DNA of 64,000 nt from an uncultured Clostridium sp. (GTDB taxonomy: Bacteria; Bacillota; Clostridia; TANB77; CAG-508). Of this stretch, positions 10,062-19,465 are shown piece after piece (the first letter of the stretch is position 1; each line of letters begins with the position of its first letter). The notes beneath the pieces are model-generated. The model did no database searches. It saw only the letters and a list, made by a program, of their open reading frames with translations, and was not told the origin of the DNA. The stretch covers positions 4,054 to 68,053 of the forward strand of contig CABPZP010000005.1 of assembly GCA_902461935.1 (NCBI GenBank), given 5' to 3'. The translations under genes and the position numbers were made by a program.

Positions 10062-10390
10062 ATTGGAATTGCCATACAAAATTTTCCAGAAGGCGCAATA
10101 ATATCAATGCCATTAAAAAGTGAAGGAATGAGCAAACCAAAAGCATTTATGTATGGAGCACTTTCAGGAGTTGTAGAACCAATAGGAGCGATAATAACAA
10201 TACTGTTTACCAAAGCAGTTGTACCAATACTTCCATATATACTTTCATTTGCAGCAGGAGCAATGATATATGTAGTAGTAGAAGAACTAATACCCGAATC
10301 ACAAGCAGGAGAACACTCAAATATAGGAACAATAGGAGTAGCAATAGGGTTTGTAGTAATGATGATTTTAGATGTAGCTTTGGGTTAAAT
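10062..10390 (+). pseudogene. promoterless 3' fragment of zupT (segmental duplication)
   Basis: About 330 bp that are roughly 96% identical to 9312-9640 (the zupT C-terminal 108 codons plus stop); the 121-aa track ORF only acquires a spurious upstream start. Confidence 0.75.
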
Positions 10391-10407
10391 TCCTATACTA
10401 TAAAAAA

Positions 10408-10449
10408 GTGGCTTCGCCACGCGGGTCGTCGGGGACGCCGACCCCTACA
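10408..10449. repeat. GC-rich hairpin pair: GTGGCTTCGCCAC plus reverse-orientation TGTAGGGG unit (hairpin B type)
   Basis: GCGGGTCGTCGGGGACGCCGACCCCTACA is the reverse complement of TGTAGGGGTCGGCGTCCCCGACGACCCGC seen at 27189, 28349 and 29660. Confidence 0.7.
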
Positions 10450-10798
10450 TCTAAAATAGAAAATTCTTATAATAGAACAAAGAAACTCCATTTTTGGAGC
10501 TTCTTATATTTACAGATTCCATTACCTTTATAGGTTCTTTTAAAGTAAAATATGTTAATAATCCAGATATAATTACTAATACTGCAAGAAAAAGAATAGC
10601 TATAATAATATCCATAGTGTCCCTCCTTAAAAATATTTATTTTCAAAGTTACATTATATAAATATGTTTAGATTCTATCACATTTTTATGTAGAATACTA
10701 GTACTATCGGCTATTTTATGATATAATTCAAATGTCATAATTCCAAAAGGAAGGGTAGAAAGTTGAATTTTAGAAGATATTAGAAAGGAGACATTTTT

Positions 10799-10999
10799 AT
10801 GAGTACAGTAGCTTTTATCTTACTATGCCTTGGAATCATACTGTTTGGTTTGTTTATTGGATTATTTTTAGTCATTATTGAAGAAAAAAAGAAAAAAACA
10901 GATCTTTTTTGCGAAGATAATCTGATCTATAGGAAATTTACAGACCAAGATGATGTTTCTATTGATGAGGTAGTGAAAAGATTCAAACAAGATAATTAA
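10799..10999 (+). CDS. hypothetical small membrane protein (66 aa)
   Basis: RBS AGGAG upstream; single TM helix followed by a charged tail. Confidence 0.3.
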   Translation: MSTVAFILLCLGIILFGLFIGLFLVIIEEKKKKTDLFCEDNLIYRKFTDQDDVSIDEVVKRFKQDN

Positions 11000-11076
11000 T
11001 TAAAAAAATCCCCTTAGAGGTACTAGGAAAATTAAAAAAATGGTGTTTGAAAAACTTCCAAACACCATTTTTGAGT

Positions 11077-11583
11077 TTAATTAATAATTTTTTTAAGGTC
11101 TTTTAAATTAATTGAATAGAATTTTTCTAATGCTTCATAATATTCATTGTCAGCTTTTTCGAAAGCACCTTCTTGTTCAGCTGTTTTTATCATATTATCA
11201 AAATCAGCAGATAAATTTTCCTTTAATTGGTCAAAATTAAGAGGCATAATAGCTGAAACATACTCATCAAATTTTTTCTTTATCCATTCTTCCACTTTTT
11301 TTTGGTAGGTTGGTCCTATATGAATGGAGAAGCGGACTTCGCCACTACCGTAGTTATATTTGGTAACTGCAGTTATCACTGCGTTCAAATACTTATCTTT
11401 AACTTTTTTTGCCGTTTTATTTGTATTAGGTAAAGAGTTATAACAAGAGTAAACTGCATCCGCGTCTGTTGATTCTTCATTTGAATAATATTCTTTCTGC
11501 AATTCAAGATTTGCAAAAGAATTTAAGATTATTATCTTAATAGGTACTGCATACCTTTCGGAAAACCATGGATCATTGCACAC
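11077..11583 (-). CDS. hypothetical protein
   Basis: 168-aa ORF with no recognisable family; true start may be internal. Confidence 0.35.
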   Translation of the reverse strand: MCNDPWFSERYAVPIKIIILNSFANLELQKEYYSNEESTDADAVYSCYNSLPNTNKTAKKVKDKYLNAVITAVTKYNYGSGEVRFSIHIGPTYQKKVEEWIKKKFDEYVSAIMPLNFDQLKENLSADFDNMIKTAEQEGAFEKADNEYYEALEKFYSINLKDLKKIIN

Positions 11584-12077
11584 TCTAACAAGTTCTGTAG
11601 CTGATGCAATCCTCCTTTTAATTGATGTTTGCTATTATATATGATTAAACTAAGGAGTAAGCGTTCCTTACTCAATTAGTGAATTAAGGAATTTGATTAA
11701 ATAATAATTGCTAATATAAGTTGAATTATACAATTATTTTTGGCAAATTGCAAGGATATCAAAAAATTATATAATATAAAAAGTTACTTAACTACACTGG
11801 TCAATCTAAGAAGATCAATCTTTTATTAGTGCTAATTAGTCGATAGAATAACACAATGGAAAGAGGCGAGAATAGATTAAAAAAATACAAGATTTAGCAG
11901 GGCAAGTAGAGGGAAGTAGTATTACAGAGAAAGTTTATATAAATATTTCACAAGATTATGCCTTTGAAGAATTATCAAAGGCAAATTAAATATCTACTGC
12001 ATTCTTTACTGCATTAATTTCAAAAAAATAACCATACAAAATATTGATATCTCAATACCTGTATGGCTTTTCTTGTT

Positions 12078-12165
12078 TGGTGCAGATGGCCGGAATCGAA
12101 CCGGCACGGTTTATTCAACCGCAGGATTTTAAGTCCTGTGCGTCTACCAGTTCCGCCACATCTGC
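12078..12165 (-). tRNA. tRNA-Leu (anticodon UAA)
   Basis: Reverse complement reads GCAGATGTGGCGGAACTGGTAGACGCACAGGACTTAAAATCCTG…long variable arm…GGTTCGATTCCGGCCATCTGCACCA; 7-bp acceptor stem, CTTAAAA anticodon loop, encoded CCA. Confidence 0.85.
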
Positions 12166-12350
12166 ATTTGTTATATGAACTGGTATTTTGTCTTTCGACA
12201 TTTGCTATTATAATATTATAATTAGATAATGTCAATACTTTTTTTAAAATAAATTTATTTTTTATGATTAATTTTTGATAAAAAGTTGCATTTTTATATC
12301 AATTCTTTAATATATATGTTAAAATAATTTGGAAGTAAGGAGAAAATTTT

Positions 12351-13706
12351 ATGGTTGAAAAAAATAAAGAATATATTGTAGATATAATAGATAATGGATT
12401 TGAAGGAGAAGGTATTGCAAAAATAGAGGGCTTTACTATTTTTATTCCTAATGCAATAAAGGGTGAAAAGGTTAAAATTTTAATTGTAAAAGTTTTAAAA
12501 TCACATGCTTTTGGTAAAATTTTGGACATAATCGATAAATCGGATAAAAGAGTCGAATGTGATTGCGAAACATATAAAAGATGTGGCGGTTGCAATATGA
12601 GACATATAGAGTATGAAGAAACTTTAATAATAAAAAGAAATTCTGTACAAGCTTTGGTAAATAAAACATTAAAAAATAAAGTTCGAGTAAAAAATACAAT
12701 AGGAATGGAAAATCCGCTTCACTATAGAAATAAAGCACAATACCCAATAGGAATGAATAAGGAAAATAAACCTGTAATTGGTGTATTTGCAAGAAGAAGT
12801 CACGAAATTATACCTATAAATAATTGTTTAATACAAAAGCCTATTTCAGAGCAAATTGCTAAATTTATTTTAGAATATATTACAAAAAATAATATATCTG
12901 TATACGATGAAAAAAGCGGAAAAGGTATATTTAGGCATTTAGTTATAAAAGTAGGAGTAAAAACAAATGAAATAATGTGTATACTCGTTATTAATGCGAA
13001 TTCATTTAAAAATGAAAATAAATTAGTAGAAGAACTTGTTAAAAATTTCCCCAATATTAAAACAATAGTAAAAAATATAAACACAAAAAACACAAATGTA
13101 ATTATGGGAAAAGAGAATATTGTACTGTATGGAGATGGCTATATAAAAGACATATTAGGAGATTATACTTTTAAAATTTCACCACAATCATTTTATCAAG
13201 TAAATCCGCTTCAAGCAGAAAAATTATATAATTTAGGAGTAGAAGCAGCAAAAATAACAAAAAATGACATTGTATTTGATTTATATTGTGGTATTGGTAC
13301 AATTTCATTATTTATGGCAAAGTATGCAAAAAAAGTATATGGAGTTGAAATAGTAGAACAAGCAATAAAAGATGCAAAAGAAAATGCAAAAACTAATAAT
13401 ATAGAAAATACAGAATTTATAGCAGGAGACACAGAAATAATATTAGATGATTTAATAAATAATAAAAAAATAATACCAGATGTTGTTATGGTAGATCCGC
13501 CACGAAAAGGATTAGATAATAGAACTATAGAAAATATAAACAAAATAAAACCAAATAGAGTTATATATATAAGTTGCAATCCTGCAACACTAATAAGGGA
13601 CTTAGCAAAATTCGAAGAATACTATGAAATAAAATCAATACAGCCTGTAGATATGTTCCCATTCACAAGCAACGTTGAATGCGTTTCGGTGCTATATCTA
13701 AAATAA
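12351..13706 (+). CDS. 23S rRNA (uracil-C5)-methyltransferase, RumA/RlmD family
   Basis: N-terminal TRAM domain, 4Fe-4S Cys cluster CDCETYKRCGGCNMRH, SAM-MTase motifs (DLYCGIGT, VDPPRKG), C-terminal nucleophile Cys region. Confidence 0.85.
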   Translation: MVEKNKEYIVDIIDNGFEGEGIAKIEGFTIFIPNAIKGEKVKILIVKVLKSHAFGKILDIIDKSDKRVECDCETYKRCGGCNMRHIEYEETLIIKRNSVQALVNKTLKNKVRVKNTIGMENPLHYRNKAQYPIGMNKENKPVIGVFARRSHEIIPINNCLIQKPISEQIAKFILEYITKNNISVYDEKSGKGIFRHLVIKVGVKTNEIMCILVINANSFKNENKLVEELVKNFPNIKTIVKNINTKNTNVIMGKENIVLYGDGYIKDILGDYTFKISPQSFYQVNPLQAEKLYNLGVEAAKITKNDIVFDLYCGIGTISLFMAKYAKKVYGVEIVEQAIKDAKENAKTNNIENTEFIAGDTEIILDDLINNKKIIPDVVMVDPPRKGLDNRTIENINKIKPNRVIYISCNPATLIRDLAKFEEYYEIKSIQPVDMFPFTSNVECVSVLYLK

Positions 13707-13872
13707 ATCCTGTAATACTTGAATTTACAATGAAAGAAAAAATATTTAAAAACAGCTCTAAAAACAAAATAGGAGCAAAAAACTCAAAATTTAAAGATGT
13801 TTTAGTAAAATTTATGTTCAACCTAGAATATGGGAACATATGCAAATACTAAATAAAAAAGAAGGAATATTT

Positions 13873-14952
13873 ATGTTAAAAGATTTATGTTTCGAGATAA
13901 TACAGACTTGCCCTAATAAATGTAAGTTCTGTTCTTCAAATTCATCACAAGACAAACAAACAATAATTACATTTGAACAGTTTAAAAAGACAGTTATGCA
14001 TTTTATAAAACAAGGTGGAATAGAAGAATTATCAATTTCTGGTGGAGAACCATTTTTGCATCCAGATTTATTTGAAATGGTAAAGTTTTGTAAAGATAAT
14101 GGAATTAAAACAGTTATATTCACTAGCGGGATAAAAAGAGCATCTGCAATGACAGTAGAAATGATAGAATATATAAAAAAAAAATGTAAACAAGATTTAC
14201 AGGAAATAGAAAAACATGAACCATGGAATGAAAGATTAAAAATAAATGTAAAAGCATATTACGATAGATGTTTAACACCAAAATCATTTGAAGGGATAAC
14301 AAGACAGGAGTTCGAAAAATTAAAACAATTAGGATTAGACAAGATAGTATTTGACTGGCAAACATTTGAAGAATCAACTGATAATGAATTAATGGGAAGA
14401 AAAGGTTTAATTACATGCTTAATGGATTCGCTGATAAGAGCAAGCAGAACAGGGATAAATGTTGATGTACACTTTATTCCAATGAAACCAAATTATAGAC
14501 AGTTTTCTGATATAATTGAATGCTTAGAAATATCAGGTGTAAAAAATATAAGTGTCTTAAATTTTGTTCCTCAAGGCAGAGGAAGAGATAATAAAGAAGA
14601 GTTAATGCTAAGTAAAGAAGAATTGAAAGAGTTTTCAGAGATATTAAAAAAAGAAAAAGAACATTATAGTGGCAATATTAGGATAGGAATTCCACTAAAT
14701 GGAAAAATATCACATTTATGCACAGCAGGAACTGAAAAATTAGATATAAAGTATGATGGGACAGTATTACCATGCCCAGCATTTAAAGAAATGAGTATAG
14801 AGACAATGGAAAAGTATGGTATAAAATTACATAGCATATATGAAGATTTGGAAAAAGTAGTTGTACATAGCGGAAAGAGAAAAGCACCATTGTGTAAACA
14901 AGTATATGGATTTAATGGAGATTTAACAGATAGTGATGAAATCATAAGATAG
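13873..14952 (+). CDS. radical SAM domain protein with C-terminal Cys-rich (SPASM/twitch-like) region
   Basis: CPNKCKFC (CxxxCxxC) near the N-terminus, SISGGEP glycine motif, extra cysteines CTAG…CPAF…CKQ near the C-terminus; start moved to ATG 13873, which has a RBS. Confidence 0.65.
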   Translation: MLKDLCFEIIQTCPNKCKFCSSNSSQDKQTIITFEQFKKTVMHFIKQGGIEELSISGGEPFLHPDLFEMVKFCKDNGIKTVIFTSGIKRASAMTVEMIEYIKKKCKQDLQEIEKHEPWNERLKINVKAYYDRCLTPKSFEGITRQEFEKLKQLGLDKIVFDWQTFEESTDNELMGRKGLITCLMDSLIRASRTGINVDVHFIPMKPNYRQFSDIIECLEISGVKNISVLNFVPQGRGRDNKEELMLSKEELKEFSEILKKEKEHYSGNIRIGIPLNGKISHLCTAGTEKLDIKYDGTVLPCPAFKEMSIETMEKYGIKLHSIYEDLEKVVVHSGKRKAPLCKQVYGFNGDLTDSDEIIR

Positions 14953-15424
14953 ATTTGTTAGATATTACAGATATTAATCCAGAAAAAATAGTAGAAATCA
15001 AATTTTTGCATTTGAAAAATATATTAATTTATTTTTAAAATAAAATTTTATATCACGAAAAAATTGAAAAATTCATTTTATGAAATATGATTTTGCAATA
15101 ATATGTTCTTAATTGACATACAAGCTGACTAATATATGCTCTTATGCGATAAAACAGCCACGTTGAGTGTGTATGCGTTCTAAAACTTAAATAAAGCTTT
15201 AAATCAACTATTCAGTGCCTATTAAAAAAAGCATATTTTTGAGAAAAAACACTAATTTTCATCAAAAAAATAAAAAAAATTGAGAAAGAAACAATTAATA
15301 ACAGTATAAATCTTTATAATGAATGTATTTCAAATAATATTTGTTATTTTGATACTTCATTAGATAGATACGAAACATATAATGATATTTATAAATATAT
15401 AGAAAGAAATATTGAGGTGTAATC

Positions 15425-16021
15425 ATGAAAAAAATATTTTTATTTGATCTTGGAAATGTTTTGGCAAAATCTTTAGATGATTATGGTTTGTATAATAAAT
15501 TAAATTGTAAAATTTCATATGATAAATTTTTAAAATATTGGTGGGGTGATGATTTAGTTTTAAAAGCTCATATGGGACTTGCTACAGATGATGAACATGT
15601 TGAAGCGTTATTGAAATTTTGTAAAAGTGATTTATCAATTAAACAATTTTATGAAATATATAATAGTTTAGATAATTCTTTATATGATGATACTATTGAA
15701 ATTATAAATGATTTAAAAAATAAAGGGTATAAGGTTGGACTCTTATCTAATCTTAGGTTAATGGATTACAAAAGATATAAAAAACAAATTGAAAAAATAA
15801 ATTTTGATTATATATTTTTATCATATGAAATGAAATGTATAAAACCATCAAAAGATATTTATGTGCAAGTAATTGATAAACTAAAATGTGAAAATGATGA
15901 AATAATATTTTTTGATGATAATGAAAAAAATGTAAATGGAGCTAAACTGCTTGGTATTAATGCTTATCAAGCAACAGGGGAAAATATAAAAGAAGTATTT
16001 GAAAAAATAATAAATATGTAA
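15425..16021 (+). CDS. HAD-superfamily hydrolase (subfamily IA-like)
   Basis: Motif I FDLGNVL at the N-terminus; motif IV FFDDNEKNVNGA near the C-terminus. Confidence 0.7.
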   Translation: MKKIFLFDLGNVLAKSLDDYGLYNKLNCKISYDKFLKYWWGDDLVLKAHMGLATDDEHVEALLKFCKSDLSIKQFYEIYNSLDNSLYDDTIEIINDLKNKGYKVGLLSNLRLMDYKRYKKQIEKINFDYIFLSYEMKCIKPSKDIYVQVIDKLKCENDEIIFFDDNEKNVNGAKLLGINAYQATGENIKEVFEKIINM

Positions 16022-16223
16022 TATAAATTTTTATTGAATATTTATACATAAATAAATATTCAAATAATAATAGGGATAATACAGGAGTCAGTTATACTTA
16101 AACATATAAAAAATTATTCATAATTAACAAACACGACATGTTGAATGTGTTGCAGTGCTTAAACTTAAATAGCAAGAATACAATGATTAAAAGCAAGAAA
16201 ATTTAATAAAAGGAGAGTTGCAT

Positions 16224-17399
16224 ATGGGGAAAGTTTTAAAAATAAGAGAAGTAGGAGAGCCTATTCTCGAAAAAGAATGTAGCACAGTAGATATAAAGAA
16301 TATAAATAAAGATATTTTAGATATTATAGAAGATTTAAAGGCTACATTAGAATTTGGAACAGGGCTGGGAATTGCAGCACCTCAAATAGGAGTAGACAAG
16401 AGAATAATTGTAGTAGGAGCTAAAAAAGAAAAAGTAAAGTATAATGATGCAGAAGAAATACCAATAAGAGCAATGATAAATCCTACTTGGAAAAAGATAT
16501 CAGAGAGTACAGATATACAATATGAAGGTTGTATGAGTATTCCAATAATTAGAGGAAAAGTGGAAAGATATAAAGACATAGAGTTAACCTATTACGATGA
16601 AAAAGGTAAACAAATAATAAAAGAAATCCATGGTTTTTTTGCAAGATTAGTGCAACATGAATGTGACCATTTAGATGGAATAGTATTCTTAGAAAAAGTA
16701 AAAGTTCCTAACGGATTTGCTACAATAGATAATATTAATAAATATAATTTAAGAGAAATAGATGGTATATGTATGAAAGAAATTAATCAAGAATTAGTAA
16801 AATATATAGAAAGTGAAATATTTCCATTATATAATAGAAATGAAGAAGGACATGGGATAAATCATATAAAAACAGTAATAAGAAGAAGTTTAGAGTTAGC
16901 ACAAGGATATGATGTTAATTTGAATATGGTTTATGTAATTGCATCTTATCATGATTTAGGGCATTATATAGATAGAAAAAGACATGAAATTATTTCAGCA
17001 GAAATGTTTATGAAGGATGAAAAAATAAGGAAATGGTTTACAACAGAGCAAATAAATACAATAAAAGAAGCTATAGAAGACCATAGAGCATCTAGCAATC
17101 ATGAACCAAGAACAATATATGGAAGAATAGTAAGTACGGCAGACAGAACGATTATAGATATAGATAATACTATAAGAAGGGCATATTCTTATGGCAAAAG
17201 AAATTATGTAGGTTTATCAGAGGAAGAACAAATTGAAAGAGTTTACCAACACTTAACAGAAAAATATGGAGAGAATGGATATGCAAAAGTGTATTTAGAA
17301 GATAAGGAATTTGATAAATCTATAAAAAAATTAAGACAAGCATTATCCAACAAAGAAGAATTTATTAAAAGAGTAAAAAGAGTAGTAAAAGAAAGCTAA
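16224..17399 (+). CDS. peptide deformylase fused to a C-terminal HD-domain phosphohydrolase
   Basis: All three PDF motifs are present (GLGIAAPQIG, EGCMSIP, QHECDHLDG) in residues 1-180, followed by an HD domain (HGINH…YHDLGHY…D) in one continuous 391-aa ORF; RBS AGGAG, ATG at 16224. Confidence 0.75.
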   Translation: MGKVLKIREVGEPILEKECSTVDIKNINKDILDIIEDLKATLEFGTGLGIAAPQIGVDKRIIVVGAKKEKVKYNDAEEIPIRAMINPTWKKISESTDIQYEGCMSIPIIRGKVERYKDIELTYYDEKGKQIIKEIHGFFARLVQHECDHLDGIVFLEKVKVPNGFATIDNINKYNLREIDGICMKEINQELVKYIESEIFPLYNRNEEGHGINHIKTVIRRSLELAQGYDVNLNMVYVIASYHDLGHYIDRKRHEIISAEMFMKDEKIRKWFTTEQINTIKEAIEDHRASSNHEPRTIYGRIVSTADRTIIDIDNTIRRAYSYGKRNYVGLSEEEQIERVYQHLTEKYGENGYAKVYLEDKEFDKSIKKLRQALSNKEEFIKRVKRVVKES

Positions 17400-17426
17400 A
17401 AAATATTTAATAGAGGAGAATATAAT

Positions 17427-17960
17427 ATGGAATTAATATGTAAGATAACAGATGAAGATATAGGAGAAAAATTTACTAATATGGAAAATCCTAAATTGAG
17501 ATTAGCAGCAAGAGGAATAGTCATAAGAGAAGATGGAAAAATAGCTATATTTAATAAAAGTAAAAAGAATGAATATAAATTACCTGGTGGAGGACTAGAA
17601 GAAAACGAAAGTCCAGAAGAAGCTTTTAAAAGAGAAGTATTAGAAGAAACTGGCTGCAAAGTAGAAATTGTAGAGTGCTTAGGAAAGACAGAAGAATATA
17701 AATCTATAAATAACTTTAAACAAATTTCTTACGTATTTGTCGGAAAAGTTTTAGAAGATACTAAGCAATTAAATGTAACAGAAAAAGAAAAAAATGAGGG
17801 AGCAAAAATGCTATGGGACACTCCTGAAAATGGACTAAAACGTATAAGAGATTGTTTTGATAAACTAGTTGCTTCGGAATATGGTTCTGTTTATAGTACA
17901 AAATTTATTATATTAAGAGATGCAAAAATTTTAGAAAAATATTTAGAAAATAAAATATAA
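17427..17960 (+). CDS. NUDIX hydrolase
   Basis: Nudix box GGGLEENESPEEAFKREVLEETG. Confidence 0.8.
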   Translation: MELICKITDEDIGEKFTNMENPKLRLAARGIVIREDGKIAIFNKSKKNEYKLPGGGLEENESPEEAFKREVLEETGCKVEIVECLGKTEEYKSINNFKQISYVFVGKVLEDTKQLNVTEKEKNEGAKMLWDTPENGLKRIRDCFDKLVASEYGSVYSTKFIILRDAKILEKYLENKI

Positions 17961-18029
17961 TTTCAATATAATATTAAATGTAAATTAAAAAAATAAGATA
18001 GTATTATAAATATAATTAAAGGAATAGTT

Positions 18030-18599
18030 ATGAAAATAAAATTAAAGTATGTAAATTATTTGAAAAGTAAACACAAAACAGAAATGAAAAGAATATATTT
18101 AAAAGCATTTCCAGAAAGTGAAAGATTTCCTTTTTGGATTCTAAAACATTGCTCAAAAGAAAATAACATTAAATTTATGGAAGTTTTAAATGGAAATGAA
18201 TTAGTTGGAATTGAGTACCTATTAACATATGAAAATAATGCATATTTAATGTATTTTGCGATTGATGAAAATAAACAAAACAAAGGATATGGTTCAGAAA
18301 CAGTTAAAGATTTAGCTAATGAATATAATACAGTTATTTTAAGCATAGAAAAATTAGATAATATTAATAGAGAAATAAAACAAAAGAGAAAGAACTTTTA
18401 TTTAAGGAATGGCTTTCAAGAAACTAATGTATTTTATGAAGATGCAGGAGTTGAATACGAAATATTAACTACTAATAAAAATTTTTCTACAACCAAAGAA
18501 AGTCTAGAAAAATTTTATGAGCAAATGACAAGTTCTAAAATTTTAAAATACATAATTGGAAAAATTTTTAATGTTTATGATATTAAATTAAAAAACTAG
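18030..18599 (+). CDS. GNAT family N-acetyltransferase
   Basis: Acetyl-CoA-binding motif QNKGYGSETVKDL plus the general GNAT fold pattern. Confidence 0.65.
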   Translation: MKIKLKYVNYLKSKHKTEMKRIYLKAFPESERFPFWILKHCSKENNIKFMEVLNGNELVGIEYLLTYENNAYLMYFAIDENKQNKGYGSETVKDLANEYNTVILSIEKLDNINREIKQKRKNFYLRNGFQETNVFYEDAGVEYEILTTNKNFSTTKESLEKFYEQMTSSKILKYIIGKIFNVYDIKLKN

Positions 18600-18609
18600 G
18601 AGTAAATTT

Positions 18610-19190
18610 ATGAAAGAAATAATAATAGCTTCAGGAAATAAAGGAAAAATAAGAGAAACTCAAGAAATTTTAAATGAATATAAAGTTATATCAATGAATG
18701 AACTAGGAATTGATATAGATGTTGAAGAGGATAAAAATACATTTGAAGGAAATGCAATAAAAAAAGCACAAACTATAGCAAAGAAAATAGGCGGAAAAAT
18801 GTGTATTGCAGATGATTCTGGTATTGAAATAGAGTTTTTGGATGGATTTCCAGGTGTGGTAACTAAAAGATGGCATAGTGGTACAGATAGAGAAAGAAAT
18901 TTAGCAATAATTGAGAAATTAAAAGGTGTTCCAAAGGAAAAAAGAAAAATAACTTTTACAACTGCAATTGCATTATCAAATGGCGAAACTACAATTTGCG
19001 AAAAAGGTATAATAGATGGTTTTGTTGCCGAAAAGCCTATTCGGAGATAATGGATTTGGCTTTGATGAGATATTTGAATTATCAAACGGAAAAACTTTAG
19101 CAGAATTATCACAAGAAGAAAAAAATAAAATAAGTGCAAGAAGAATTGCATTAGAAAAAATAAAAAACAACATAATAAATACAAAATAGG
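18610..19190 (+). pseudogene. rdgB: dITP/XTP pyrophosphatase (RdgB/Ham1) interrupted by a +1 frameshift
   Basis: N-terminus IIASGNKGKIRE…DDSGIEIEFLDGFPGV is Ham1-like; the ORF stops at 19050 (…AEKPIRR*) while the +1 frame continues GDNGFGFDEIFELSNGKTLAELSQEEKNKIS…, the conserved Ham1 C-terminus; a single extra base lies near 19033. Confidence 0.7.
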
Positions 19191-19231
19191 AAAATTAAAT
19201 AGAAAAATATATATAATTAATTTTAGTGTTA

Positions 19232-19260
19232 ATAAAAGCTCTCTCGTGTAGAGAGAGCTT
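19232..19260. terminator. hairpin terminator between convergent rdgB and mazF-like genes
   Basis: AAAGCTCTCTCGTGTAGAGAGAGCTTT perfect stem. Confidence 0.6.
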
Positions 19261-19465
19261 TGCGTTTATAAACGAATTAACCACATTTAAATGTGCAACA
19301 TTAGATGTAATTATATTATATGCAAATAAGGAAATATTATTACAAAAAGCAAAGACTAGGTTAAACCTAGTCTTTGAAAAACAACTTCCACATCTTTCGA
19401 TGTGCAACTCTAAATGTAAATTAATTATAGTATATTGTTCGGCGGAAGTCAATATTTTTCAAGAA

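Noticed and set aside
10023-10388. 121-aa ORF called as a gene
   Set aside because: From residue 16 onward it is a near-identical copy of the C-terminal third of zupT and lacks the N-terminal TM helices; it is treated as a duplicated pseudogene fragment with a spurious start.
12020-12235. 71-aa minus-strand ORF in the track
   Set aside because: It lies entirely over the tRNA-Leu(UAA) gene and its Cys/Arg-rich translation is the tRNA read as protein.
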